DNA from: Zygnema circumcarinatum SAG 698-1b
Taxonomy: Eukaryota > Plantae > Zygnematophyceae
Direction: 5' to 3'
DNA length: 64,000 nt
NCBI GenBank assembly: GCA_037447605.1
Contig: CM074810.1
Location: 1,026,880-1,090,879 of the forward strand
Of this stretch, positions 24,373-36,300 are shown in pieces. The position numbers and the translations under genes were made by a program. The notes beneath the pieces are model-generated. The model worked only from the letters and a program-made list of their open reading frames with translations. It searched no databases and was not told the DNA's origin. Each line of letters begins with the position of its first letter. The first letter of the stretch is position 1.

Positions 24373-27300
24373 CTAACCTCTGGCACTCTCTCCCGCCGTT
24401 CCATGTTCTACAGTTCCGTCCTCCGTTTGGACGGTCGCAGATTGAAGCTTAAACTCAATGCGTTCAAGTCGCTCTGATTGGCTCTGCAGGCTCGCCATGA
24501 CTGCTTTCAAGCTTTCCTGGAAAAAACCAAAAACGACGCTTTCAAGCGTGGTTAGTATTTTAAGGATTTGGGGTTTGGGTTTTTTCTAATGAACATTTAT
24601 GCATTGAAGTTTTTACGGTTTCTGCCATTTTCTGCGTGTCTAGTTTCTGGCAATTTGGAACTGTCTGGTTTTTTATATTTTCCATACTTTGAGCTCCTGC
24701 ATGTCGTCGTCATGCTTCTCCGTGGACAGCGCGGGGGATTCTCCGAAGTGCTCCAAAATGACATCCGCGAGACGGTCCGCCTTGGAGGAGCTTGCAATGC
24801 CCTGCTTTAAGATACCCAAAAAGAAGTCGGAGAGGGAGAGCGAGAGAGAGGGCGAGAGAGAGAAAGGGCGAGAGAGAGAGAGAGGGCGAGAGCGAGAGAG
24901 GGGGCGAGAGAGAGGGCGAGAGAGAGGGCGAGAGAGAGGGCGAGAGAGAGGGCGCGAGAGAGGGCGCGAGAGAGGGGGCGAGAGAGGGGGCGAGAGAGAG
25001 GGCGAGAGAGAGGGCGAGAGAGAGGGCGAGAGAGCGGGCGAGAGAGAGGGCGAGAGAGAGATTGAGAAAGAGAGAACAGTGGAGGGACAGAATATAGTTT
25101 GACAACGAACCCTACTTTTGCAGGGACGCAAATGGAAGGACAAAACGAATCGATCCGAGAGTTTGAAGTGGAGAGAAAAAAGCGGGCAATCCTTCAAAAG
25201 CGAAAACTAAAAAATGAGGGGCTGTAAGATATAAGCGTTTCTTAGACTCTGTAGTTGTTTTTTTGTATACAAATTCTATGAAAAGCACAACAACTCGAAT
25301 TAAGGAGCAGAAAAGCATGCAATGCAAAACAAAGGTCACAGTCCTCTTCTTCTTCACTTGTTCTTCAATAATTCTTTGAAACAAAAAAATTACCGCTGCC
25401 GTTTGAGCTCGCATGAAGAGACTCTGCAGCTCCTCCTGCGAGTACTCCCTCTCTCCGACCTTCACAACTTGCCCCTTAAGGCTTTCCTTCGCCTCATTCT
25501 TTGATTCCTCAAAACTAAAGCTTCCTACGACCTGCAAAGACTCAAGGAAAAAAAAACACGCACACACACACACACACACACATAAAAAATCTGCATTAAA
25601 AATTTCAAGCTTGAACGGTGAGTTAGTTACCAGGCAAAGCAACATCATACAAATATGAAGGGAACACAACTCTTCAGTGGTGTCAGAAAGAAAAACCACC
25701 GAACGCTAACGACCTCAACAGCAAATCCTAAATCCTGGAAAAAGCAAAAAAAAAAAAAAAAAAAAAACGAAAGAAACCAATTCGAGCCCATCGGAACGTT
25801 ACAAGCATGAAAGAAAAGCCAAAATCTAAAAACTTGAAACTAACTCGTCTAGGGTAGATTTGAAACATTCAATAAGTATATAAAAAATCCCAAGCACGCA
25901 CCTTCTCCTTCTGCGAGCCATGGAGGGGACCTCCTTGGAGCCGGCGGAGGTCGCGGAGGAGTTTGGCGTCCGTACGGTACGGACTGAAGAGGAGTCGGCG
26001 CAGCGTGGCGCGCAGGATCCACCAAACCTCCCCCGGCATGGAGGGGGCCTCCTCTGCGTATTTCTGAGGGAGGGAGAGGGAGAGAGAGGGAGAGGGAGAG
26101 AGAGGGAGGAGAGGGAGAGGGAGGTGAGGGGAGGGGAGGAGGAGGAGGGAGGAGGAGGAGGAGGGAGAGGGGGGAGAGAGGAGGGAGAGGGAGAGGGAGA
26201 GGGAGAGGGAGAGGGAGAGGTAGAAGGAGGAGAGGAGAGGAGGAGAGGAGAGGGAGGAGGGAGAGGAGGAGGAGAGGGAGAGGAGAGGGAGAGGGGAGAG
26301 GGAGAGGAGAGGGAGAGGGAGAGGGAGAGGGAGAGGGAGAGGAGAGGGAGAGGAGAGGGAGAGGAGAGGGAGAGGGAGAGGAGAGGAGAGGAGAGAGGAG
26401 AGGAGAGGGAGGAGGAGAGGGAGAGGGAGAGGGAGAGGAGAGTGGAGAGGGGAGAGGAGAGGGAGAGGGAGAGGAGAGTGGGAGAGGGAGAGGGAGAGGG
26501 AGAGGAGAGGAGGAGGGAGAGGGAGAGGAGAGGGAGAGGGAGAGGAGAGGGAGAGGGAGGAGGGAGGAGGAGGGAGGAGGGAGGAGGGAGAGGGAGAGGG
26601 AGAGGGAGAGGGAGAGGGGAGAGGGAGAGGGAGAGGAGAGGGAGAGGGAGAGAGGAGCGAGAGGGGAGGAGAGAGGAGGGAGAGGGAGAGACAGAGGGAG
26701 AGGGAGAAAGAGGGAGAGGGAGAGAGAGACAGAGACAGAGACAGAGACAGAGGGGCGAGAGAGGGAGAGAGAGACAGAGACAGAGACAGAGGGGCGAGAG
26801 AGGGAGAGAGAGACAGAGACAGAGACAGAGGGGCGAGAGAGCGCGAGAGAGCGAGGAAGAGAGTGATAAAGCGTGAGAGAGTCAAAAAATAGAGAGTTGA
26901 AAGATAGAAAAGGGAGGGAAGCGGGGATGAGAATAGGTCAGGACGTGTATATGATCCGACGAAAATAAAGAAAACAAATTGAGAAAACGTCCGTTTGCAT
27001 GGAACAGTATGGTCCTGGTAAAGAGTAGCCCTTCAGAATATGAAAGACCTACAAAAACATTGTGAGGTTCAGCAGCCCTAAAAACTTCAGAAATGTGAGA
27101 CAAAATACAAAAGAGCCTCCAACTTGAATATCCCCAAAAGCCTCGAAACTCGCAATGATGGGAAAACCCTAAAATCTCATTCAGACAAAGCACAAAGAAT
27201 ATCGCCCAATAGGACTAATGAAACAAACTATCCCTATACCGGATAACCTGATATTGAATCCGATACTATATTGACAGAAAAGTCGCGAGATGTTTCTTAC

Positions 27301-30300
27301 CCTGACTTCCATATATGCTTCGATAATGATGGCAATAAGGAGGTTGAAAGTGATGAAGTTCACTACGAGCACATACGACCACCAGTACAGTACGGCCGCT
27401 GCCAGCTCCCACCCCTTGAGCTCTATAAAGTAGTCGGACACGGAGGTATCCCCCACGAGGACGTTGAACATGGTGTTCAAGGACAGACCCATAGTACTGA
27501 ACTGCAATAGGAGGGAGGACAGGGGGAGGAGGTGGAGTGTGAGAGAGGGGGAGTTGAAGTGGGAGGGGGAGTGGTCGTGGGAGCATGCTTTTCTCTATTC
27601 GCTCTATGTGAAGAAAGCTTACCAGAGCTACTTCCGGAGTTTCTCTCCCTCTCTTGAACCCTTCACTTCTACACTCCCTGCCTTCCCCCCCCTCTCTCAC
27701 TCTTCCCACTTCCACCCTCCCCCCACTCTCTCCCCCTCTCTCTCTCTCTCTCACTCTCTCTCTCTCTCGTATCCTACTTTCCTTCCCCCGCCCCTCCAAA
27801 CTCCCTCTCTCCCCCACTCTCTCCACTCTCTCCCTCTCTCCCTCGCTTTCGCCCTCTCTTCACCCTCTGCTTGCCGTCTGAAGACACCCGTCAAGATTCG
27901 AAGTATTCAAAAAACCCAATTGCCCCGCAAATCCTAACTATTCAGTTATAGTCGCCCTTTGAAGCCCACAAGTCCTCTGACATCTCAAAACCCCATACAA
28001 ACCCAAAGCCTCTTCGTAACCTCTTCAACCCTTCCAAGCCCACCACTCCTTTAAAACCTAAACTCTGAACCCTTCCAAACTCACCTGCTCAAGCGTGCGC
28101 CCAAAAACCACGTGACCGTACACCGAGTAGCCGAGAAAAATCACCGAAAATATTATGAGGAAGTGGACGAGATCGATGGAGGCTGCGGCTATGGTGCGAG
28201 TAATAGTGCCCATACGGGGCTGGAAATCCATCAGCTTCAAGATGCGGAGAACCATTAAGAAAATGCTGCATTTTCATATTTTACACCATACGAAAAAAGA
28301 GCAAGAAAAAACGAGTTTTAGGGTTTCATTTGGACAAGTCTTTCAATTTCGAAGAGGTGGGTTTGGTTGGGATTTTAGAGTCGAGTGGTTTGGGCTTAGC
28401 TTGGTTAGAGTTTTAGGGTTTCGGAGTTTTAGGGTTCGTACTTGATGCCCTGCAGAGCCACATAGTAAGTGCGGATGTAGATGATTTCTTCGACCTGAGT
28501 GAAAACTTTCAGGGCTTCGGGCAGCTGCGTGTCGGGCAGCAGCTGAAGGAATTGGCCCGGCTCCGTTCCGTACAATCTGTACTTGATGTTCGTATTGAAG
28601 GGCCGGACGTTTCCAAATACATATTTCAACCTGGGAATGAGGAGGGAGGGAAAAAGGGAGAGTGAGTGGGAAGCGGGAGAGGGAGAGAGAGAGAGTGTGA
28701 GATGAGCGAGAGAGAGAGATGGAGAGAGGGATGGAGGGAGGAAGGGGGAGAGAATGAGGGAGGGAGGGGGTATGGGAAGAGAGACAGGTGGAGAGAGGAA
28801 GAGAGAGTGAGTGAGACGGAGAGTGTGCGAGGGAGGGGGGCAGGAGTGGAAGGAGGGGGAAGGCAAGTAGCAAGATGGAGGTATAGAGGCAGTCAGAATT
28901 AAGGCCCTACTGCAAGAGAATGTAGTATGCAAAAGGTTGAGTTTCCAAATCTTCCCAATGACATGCACTCACTCACTCTCTTTCCGTCTCCCAGTTCTCT
29001 TTCACTCTCTTTTCTCTTCTCGCAGACCCACTTTCTCGCTCTCCCATACTTCACCACTTTTCACATGTTCTCTTCTCATACTTTCTTCTTCTCATCACCC
29101 TTCCCCCACTCCCACTCTCTCCCACTCGCTCCCCGCCCATAATCGTTTCACCACCCCTCTTTCTCGTCCTCACACTCTCTAAGGCTCTTCGTATCATCTC
29201 ATAACCATCACCTAATTTTCTCTCTTCCACTTCTCGTCATTTCCTTGGGCTCACTCTCCCTCTCCGTACTTCTCTCTCCCCTCTATCTCCCCGCCCCACA
29301 AACAGCCTTTCTGTGGACCAATGTGCAATAGAATTAAGGCTCAGATAATTCACCAGAGAACGACTCCGGTGGTCATAATCCCGAGAGAAAGAGCGTCGAT
29401 GTAATTCCAAATGCTCACAAAATGGTACAAAAAATTCCCCCTTTTCAAATACGCCTTCATGAGTTCCCATAGTTCGTCGAAAATCGAATAGATTAATCCC
29501 AAAACAAATACAATTTCTAGACCTAATCTCACCCAGTCTTGCGTGCTGGAATACACTTCAAGCTTGACAGATTCTATGTTCGACGATGCCACAATTTTTC
29601 CACCGTTTTGAAAATCTAACTTGACTTGCGTAAGTGTGAAGAATCTTGTCTTAGCTGCACTCAGAAAAAGGGGAGACGGAGAGAGAGAGAGGAAAAGAGA
29701 GAACGAGGGAGATCAGATTCTCGTCTTAGCTGCTTTCTAGAGAAAAAAAAAAAAAAAATGCCAGCTGAAATGTCATATTTCAAGCGATACGTTAAACAAA
29801 TAGTCAACGGAAAAATTCCAAAAAAATGAGTCTGTAGCATTTTTTGCTCGTGCAATCTTGACGAGCAGCCTTACGGTTATATGTGAGAAGCTGAACGGAG
29901 CCAGAATCCGTAAAAGTATCGTAAAAGAATCCGTCGGTCAAGTACTGCAGCAGTTCCGTTGCAGCTTCATTCCCCAAGTTTATGTCGAAAATGTAACGGA
30001 ATCCGAGATCAAAAACCCCCTGGGAAAACCCAAACTCACTGAAAGTCAGGGTTTTGAAAACAGTCCTTCAAAAATTACTTTAACGTGCTTATATTTTGTT
30101 TGACATCTTGAAAGTTTCAAGTTGGCTTAACAAGTTTCCAGATACAAACAGGTTCAAAGGCTCAAGATAAAAACATTTGGTTCTAGAAATGACACATATT
30201 TACTAGGAAATAGAAAAATCTGCTTGTAAGATACTTGCCTTCCCTACAAACCCCAAAAGCACAAATTACCTCAATTGCAGCCGGTCGAAATCCGAACGGA

Positions 30301-33300
30301 GTTCCATTCGGATTAAATTCAGTTTCCCGTTCCTCCGTACAACACATCAATTCCTGAAATCTGGCGCTCTGTTCGTCTGCATATGTGCTGTTGTAAAGAA
30401 CGGAAGTCGGTAAAAAGGGAGATGCCACTCCCCATGACAAGTTGAGATTTCTCCTACAGATGGCCAAATTCGTAGTGATTGAGCTGAATCTGCAGGAGCA
30501 AAACGAGCAGAAATTAGGTTTCCAGAGCATAGTATGAGGGATTCAATCTCTAACTTTAGGGTTTCAGAGCAATAATATGAGGGTTTCAAACACTAACTTT
30601 AGGGGTTCGGCACATAAAATGAGTGTGAAGCATGATATGATGTTCAAACCTTAACATCAGGAATTGAGAGCATAATAGGAGGGTTTCATATCCTAACTTC
30701 AGGGTTTCAGAGCATAATGTGAAGGTTGCATACCCCAACTTTAGGCTTTCAGGGCAAAGTATGAGGGTTACATATCCTACCTTTGGGATTCCAGAGCATA
30801 ATATGAAGGTTTCATACGGCTACTTTAGAGTTTCTGAGCATAATTTGAAGTTTCCAAACCAGTACTATAGATTTCAGAGCATGATATTAAGGTTTCATAC
30901 CCTAACTATAGGGTTTCTAAGCAGTAAATGAGAGTTTAAAAACCCCAACTTCAGAATTTCAGGGCCTAATATTAGGATAAACCCTAACTTTAAGGTTTCA
31001 GAGACGCAGAATTTCTAGCCTTATCAAGCTGGCCTTGAATGCTCTCACGATATGAGAAATTTTAAGGCTTCAACGATTCCAGAACGTAGAAAAGAGTAAT
31101 ATCATTTAATAATTATGATTTCATCATCATATTTTTATTATTATAATATAAATCTAAGACAAACACCAAGAGTAGAAAGGGGAGCATAGAAACGCTTACT
31201 TTCCCTCGTTACACCACTTCAAATCTCCTCTTGTCCTCTCCTGTGAAAGTAGTAGTCCAATCACCACTCTGCAGCAAAAATATATATATATATATAAATA
31301 TATAATTTGCTTATTCCTACTCCACCTTCCCTCCCCTCCCGCTCCCATGCTTAAGACAACTCTCCTCTCCTCCTCCCCCCTCCTCCTGCCCTCCCGCAAA
31401 TACCCTTCAAATAACCGATTCTTCTCCAACAGACTAAGTTTTTCCTTCACTTTTCAGGTCAACACTCTTCAAAAGCCACCGAACTTTGAAGAATGAACAA
31501 AAAAACTGAAATTTTGGGGAAGTAAGAAAAAAATTCAGGCTGTTTGTAAAGGAATTTTGGGCTCTGAAAAGCTAAAGTTTGACCTGTTTTGAACGGCAAC
31601 TGTGCGAGTGAGAGGGGTGGTACTTGAGGGAGCAAAATTTGCATTGGACTCGGACAAAGATTCTCCGAAGGTTCGAAGGGAGAATGTGAATTCCAAGTCT
31701 GAACCTATGGCTGCTCCCACGCAGCACACTGCAGCAAAAAAAAAAAANNNNNNNNNNGAAACCGTGACAAGGACTGCTGTGAGAAGGAGCAGGGAGGAAG
31801 AGAGAGAGCAAAGAAGGTGGGAGAGAGGAAGGGGAGAAGAGAGAGCGAGGAGACAGATTTAAGGTTCTCGAAGTTTGAAGCAGTTTTCAAGATTTTTAGG
31901 GTTTCTTACCTCCATCGTCTCCTCGTATCTGCCCGGCCGGACAAGCGCAGGAAGGGAGTCCGTTTTCGTCCAAAGGACAGGAGCAGTCTCCCCCGTCATA
32001 TGCGCACAACAGGTTGTTACATTCAGTTTCACATTTTCCATTGCTTACTTGGCGCAGGGAACAGTTCTCCCAGCACATGTAGTCCAAAGGAACGAAGTTT
32101 TCGTAAGTTCTGTTGTCAACATCTGCAAGGAAATGAACAGGAAATCTTTCAAAAACTGCAATAACTAAAGGGACTCAGAGTAAAAAGAATTTTAGGGATT
32201 GAAAAAGCTGCAAGATGTGGATCGAGATGTTGTTTCCGCGGACAAGCGGAGCCATGTGAAGTACATGAAATTTGTTTTAAGAAAAAAGAGCATGGGAAAC
32301 GTTTTAGGGGTTTAAGGTTCTTACGGTTTTAAGGTTTGTAGGCGAGGGATTAGGAGAGGGAGCTCACATGGTGGGCTAGTTGGCCTTTCAAGAATATTGA
32401 GATATCCGTTATTTGAGTCGCCATAGCCTCGTGACGAGTACTGAATAACATAGGGAGGATCGGGAAACTCTTCAGAAGAGTACTGGTAGCTGTATTTGAA
32501 TATGGACGTGCCTTCCAATGATGGAGTTTCTGCCTCGGAGAACATCCACAACATAACATATCGGATCAGAACGAGCTTCCCCTGCATCACATTGCTCACC
32601 ATTGCTTGCGGAAAGCGACTTCACTCTTCGTTTGGAACTATGACGAGGAAACCCTAATCATCGTTCGACCTTACAACCTGCACAATGCCAAAAGTCATAC
32701 ATCCTGACGATCTCCAGACCCTAAATACTCCACATCCTGATTGCTTGAAGACTCCATAACCCTATGTTTAGCGTACATGCATGCATGTCTGCATGTATGT
32801 ATGTACATACATAAATACATACATAGAGTGGTGCAGCTTTCGTACCAAGAACGCAGGGTATAATGTCATATAGTAACATTCCGAGGTTGTCGGTGGAGCA
32901 CTTTGTCTTTCTGGAAACCACCCAACGGCCGCCTCCAAAACCGCGGGAATCGGACCCGCTGTAGCCAAACGTGAGGCCCGAACTGCGCAAATCTGGATGC
33001 GGGAGGGAGGGGGGAAGGAAGGGAGGGAGGGAGGGGAAGGGAGAGGGGGAAGAAGGGAGGGAGGGAGGGGAAGGGAGGGCGAGAGAAAGAGAAAGGGAGG
33101 GAGGGATAAAAGCAAGGGAAGGGAGGAAGGATTTTAATAGGGAGGGAGGGAGGAAGGGAGGGGGGGAGGGGAAGGGAGAAGGGGAGGAAGGGAGGGGGAA
33201 GGGGAAAGGAGGGAATGAAGAAGGGAAAGGGAGGGAGGGATAAGAGGAAGGGATGGGAGGGAGGAAGGAAGGAATTTTATAGCGAGGGAGGGAGGGAGGG

Positions 33301-36300
33301 CGGAGAGGGGAAGGGAGTGGGAGAGGAAGGGAGGGAGGCAGGGAAAGAAAGGGAATGAAGAAGGGAAAGGGAGGGAGGGATAAGAGGAAGGGAAGGAAGG
33401 GAGGAAGGAATTTTTTAGGGAGGGAGAAAGGGAGGGCGGGGAGGGGAAGGGAGAGGGGGAGGAAATGAGGGAGGGAGGGGAAGGGAGGGAATGAATAAGG
33501 GAAAGGGAGAAGGGATAAAAGGAAGGGAATGGAGGAAGGAATTTTATAGGGCGGGAGGGAGGAAGGGAGGCGGGGGAGGGGAAGGGAGAGGGGGAGGAAG
33601 GGAGGGAGGGGAAGGGAGGGGGAGAGAAAGGGAAAGGAAGGGAGGGATAAAGAGAAGGGAAGGGAGGGAGAGAGGAAGGGAAAGGGAGGGAGGGAGGAAG
33701 GAAGGGAAAGGCAGGGAGGAAGGCATGGAGGAAAAAGAAGGGAAGGAGGAAGGAAAAGGGTGAGGGAGGGAGGCCGGGAAGGGGAGGGAAGGGGGGTAGG
33801 AAGAAGGGAAGGGAGAGGAAGGCGAGCGGTTCAGAAATCCTCTCACAACTCGTAAGCCTCGAAAAGGCCCCTAAAAACTTCCTCAAGGAGTGAAGAATTT
33901 GCAATGCAGGTACAATTGTGAAAAACGAAGGCAGTCTGATAACCCTAAAGGACATAAAACTAGTCGAACCGTGCCAATGAGACATACATTTTCAAACATA
34001 CATTTTAAGATTTCTGGGAAAAAAGGAGGAAGGAAAAGAGGGAGGGAGAGAAAATGAAAGGAGAGAGAGAGGGAGGCAAAGAGAGTGGAAGGGACAGGAG
34101 AGGGCGAAGGAGTGACAGAGGCAGGGGGAGAGAAAAAGATAAAGATGGAGATCGAGAGAGGGAGAGGGAGAGCACCTTGTATGGAGTGCGGGTTGTCGTC
34201 AGTCCAAACCCACTCCACAGTGTCTCCCACATAGATGGTGGTGTTCAGTTGCGAGCCCGAAGCCCACGGAAGAATGTGATCCGCTGCAAAAAAATAAATT
34301 GTATCATTGACAAACATTGATAGTCAGCATTTTGTGAGAAATTACACACGTCTCTGAGAATTCTAAAGGGGTCTAAAATCTGAAAATCCTAGAAGTTCTG
34401 AGTGTACAAATCATTGAATACCTTCGACTCAGAGACGTAATAAGCTGTTGAAAGGTCTACAAACTAGTAACATAGAACCCTCCGACTTTGAGCACTCTGT
34501 GAACTCGAAAACAAGACCTAAATAGTGGAAATCTCAATTCCGCTTTCTACACAAGGTGCACAAAATCCTGAAAATCCGAACACACTAAGGGACTCCAGAA
34601 GCAACTCAAGGGACAAAAAAAAACATATTTGTGAGAGGTATTAAACAATAACAGGAGTTGGAACGACACGCAGCATTCAGGAATCGTAATCAACCAAAGA
34701 AAACGGATCAGGTAATATTAAAATTATATAATAAATATATTTACAATATAAGGTCACCTTTATGACAAGTGTAAACTTCCGAACGCACGAGACACTTGTC
34801 CATGCGATGCAGCCAGTTTCCGAGATCTATCAAATAATCTTCTTTGAAGGTCCCAACCGAAGCAATGGCTGCCATAAGGATGTCGAAAAAGACGTTGACT
34901 TCATCCGGACCAAAAGTGGTGCTGCAGACACAGATAAGCCCCCCGTTTGAAAGCAATTCTAGTGCTTCGATGTTCCGTAGTCTTCGGAAAGCACATCAAA
35001 AACTCCAATGTTCCGCAGTTTCTCAAGAGATGAGGGATTTTAAAATGCGAGGGCTAATAGGAAACGCATGTATCAGTGTAGAGGACACTTGGGTTTTTCT
35101 TTTGGTTTTTGGAACTTTGAAAGGTTTGTACACGAACTCACTTCTCGTGTATTTTGTACAAAGTCGAGAGCAAGCCGTAGACTGAGGTGTCATTTGCTGC
35201 TTCAGTTCCCGCCAGATTAGTATTTTCGAATGAATACGATGAGTTGGAGGCTCCCATATAGAGCGACATGAAGTTCAATATATCATTGAAGCCGTGTGCG
35301 TGAAGGAAGCCATACGTCCCGAGACACGTGTCCTTCACCCATGTGAAGAGGGCTCGCAACACGATTTGGTACATGCGGTAGTAGCGCTGATCCTCGTCGA
35401 GGCCCAAACCGGGCCAGAAGCGAGACTGGGCTGCAGCAATGGAGCTGAGAGAAACACCTGCGAAGGGGAAGGGGAGAGATGAGGGAGNNNNNNNNNNGGG
35501 GAGAGAGGGGAGGGAGGGGAAGGTGGGGAGGGAGGGGAGGGAGGGAGGAGCAGGCTAAGGAGCAGGCTGAGGGAGGAGTCACCCGTGCAGGCAAGGAATT
35601 GTTGGTCTGGGAGCTGGAGGAGTCGGCGGCCGCCAACCGCCTGCATGCCGAGGGGGTCGTATTTAAGGTTGAAGGTTTATATGGGTGGAGAGCCCGTTGT
35701 ACGAGACGAAGGAGAAAGAAACGGTCGAAAAAGAGAGAGAGGGAGTGTGAGAGTCAGAGAGCTCACTGGTGAGAATGGTGGTGGCGGACTTGATCTGCTT
35801 GAAGTCGGAGCAAGAGCAGGTCCAAGAGCAGCACTTTTTGTCCCTGCTCCAAATGCATCATTGCATCCGCCCTCCACTAAGTCTCAAATCTTATTACTTC
35901 TTCGCCTTTAAGAAAATAATATTCAAAGTCCTCCAGCAAAATCTAGATATATAGAGCACTTAGGGGATATGCTAGACGAGTTCGTATCACAGGAGGTGGT
36001 TTAGAACACAACTAGAATGGAAAAAACAAAGCAAGAGAAAACAAAGGGTGAAGGAGGTGAGAGTGACCTACAATTGCATTTGAGGGATCCTGAATTGAGG
36101 AGCGGATTCTCCCGAGAATACAAAATCTAGTGAAACCAACCCAGGCAAACATGTTACAAGTCAGTAATGGAACTGAAAAACTTCATTTCTGGATATCAAA
36201 AGAAGCCATTTTTTTCTGAAAAAAAAACTGCCAGTCCAAAGCATTCTCATGTTTTCCTTTATCATTCTGAAAACCGGAAAAAAAGAAAACTCCGACATTA

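Noticed and set aside
25869-26885. 338 aa and 318 aa overlapping ORFs
   Set aside because: They cover a GA tract in a PKD2 intron. Only ~25890-26050 on the minus strand is a real exon.
33850-33990. Segment reading QLYLHCKFF as the missing cupredoxin Cys/His exon
   Set aside because: Flanking exons already join in phase without it, and no C-x2-H-x4-M pattern is present.
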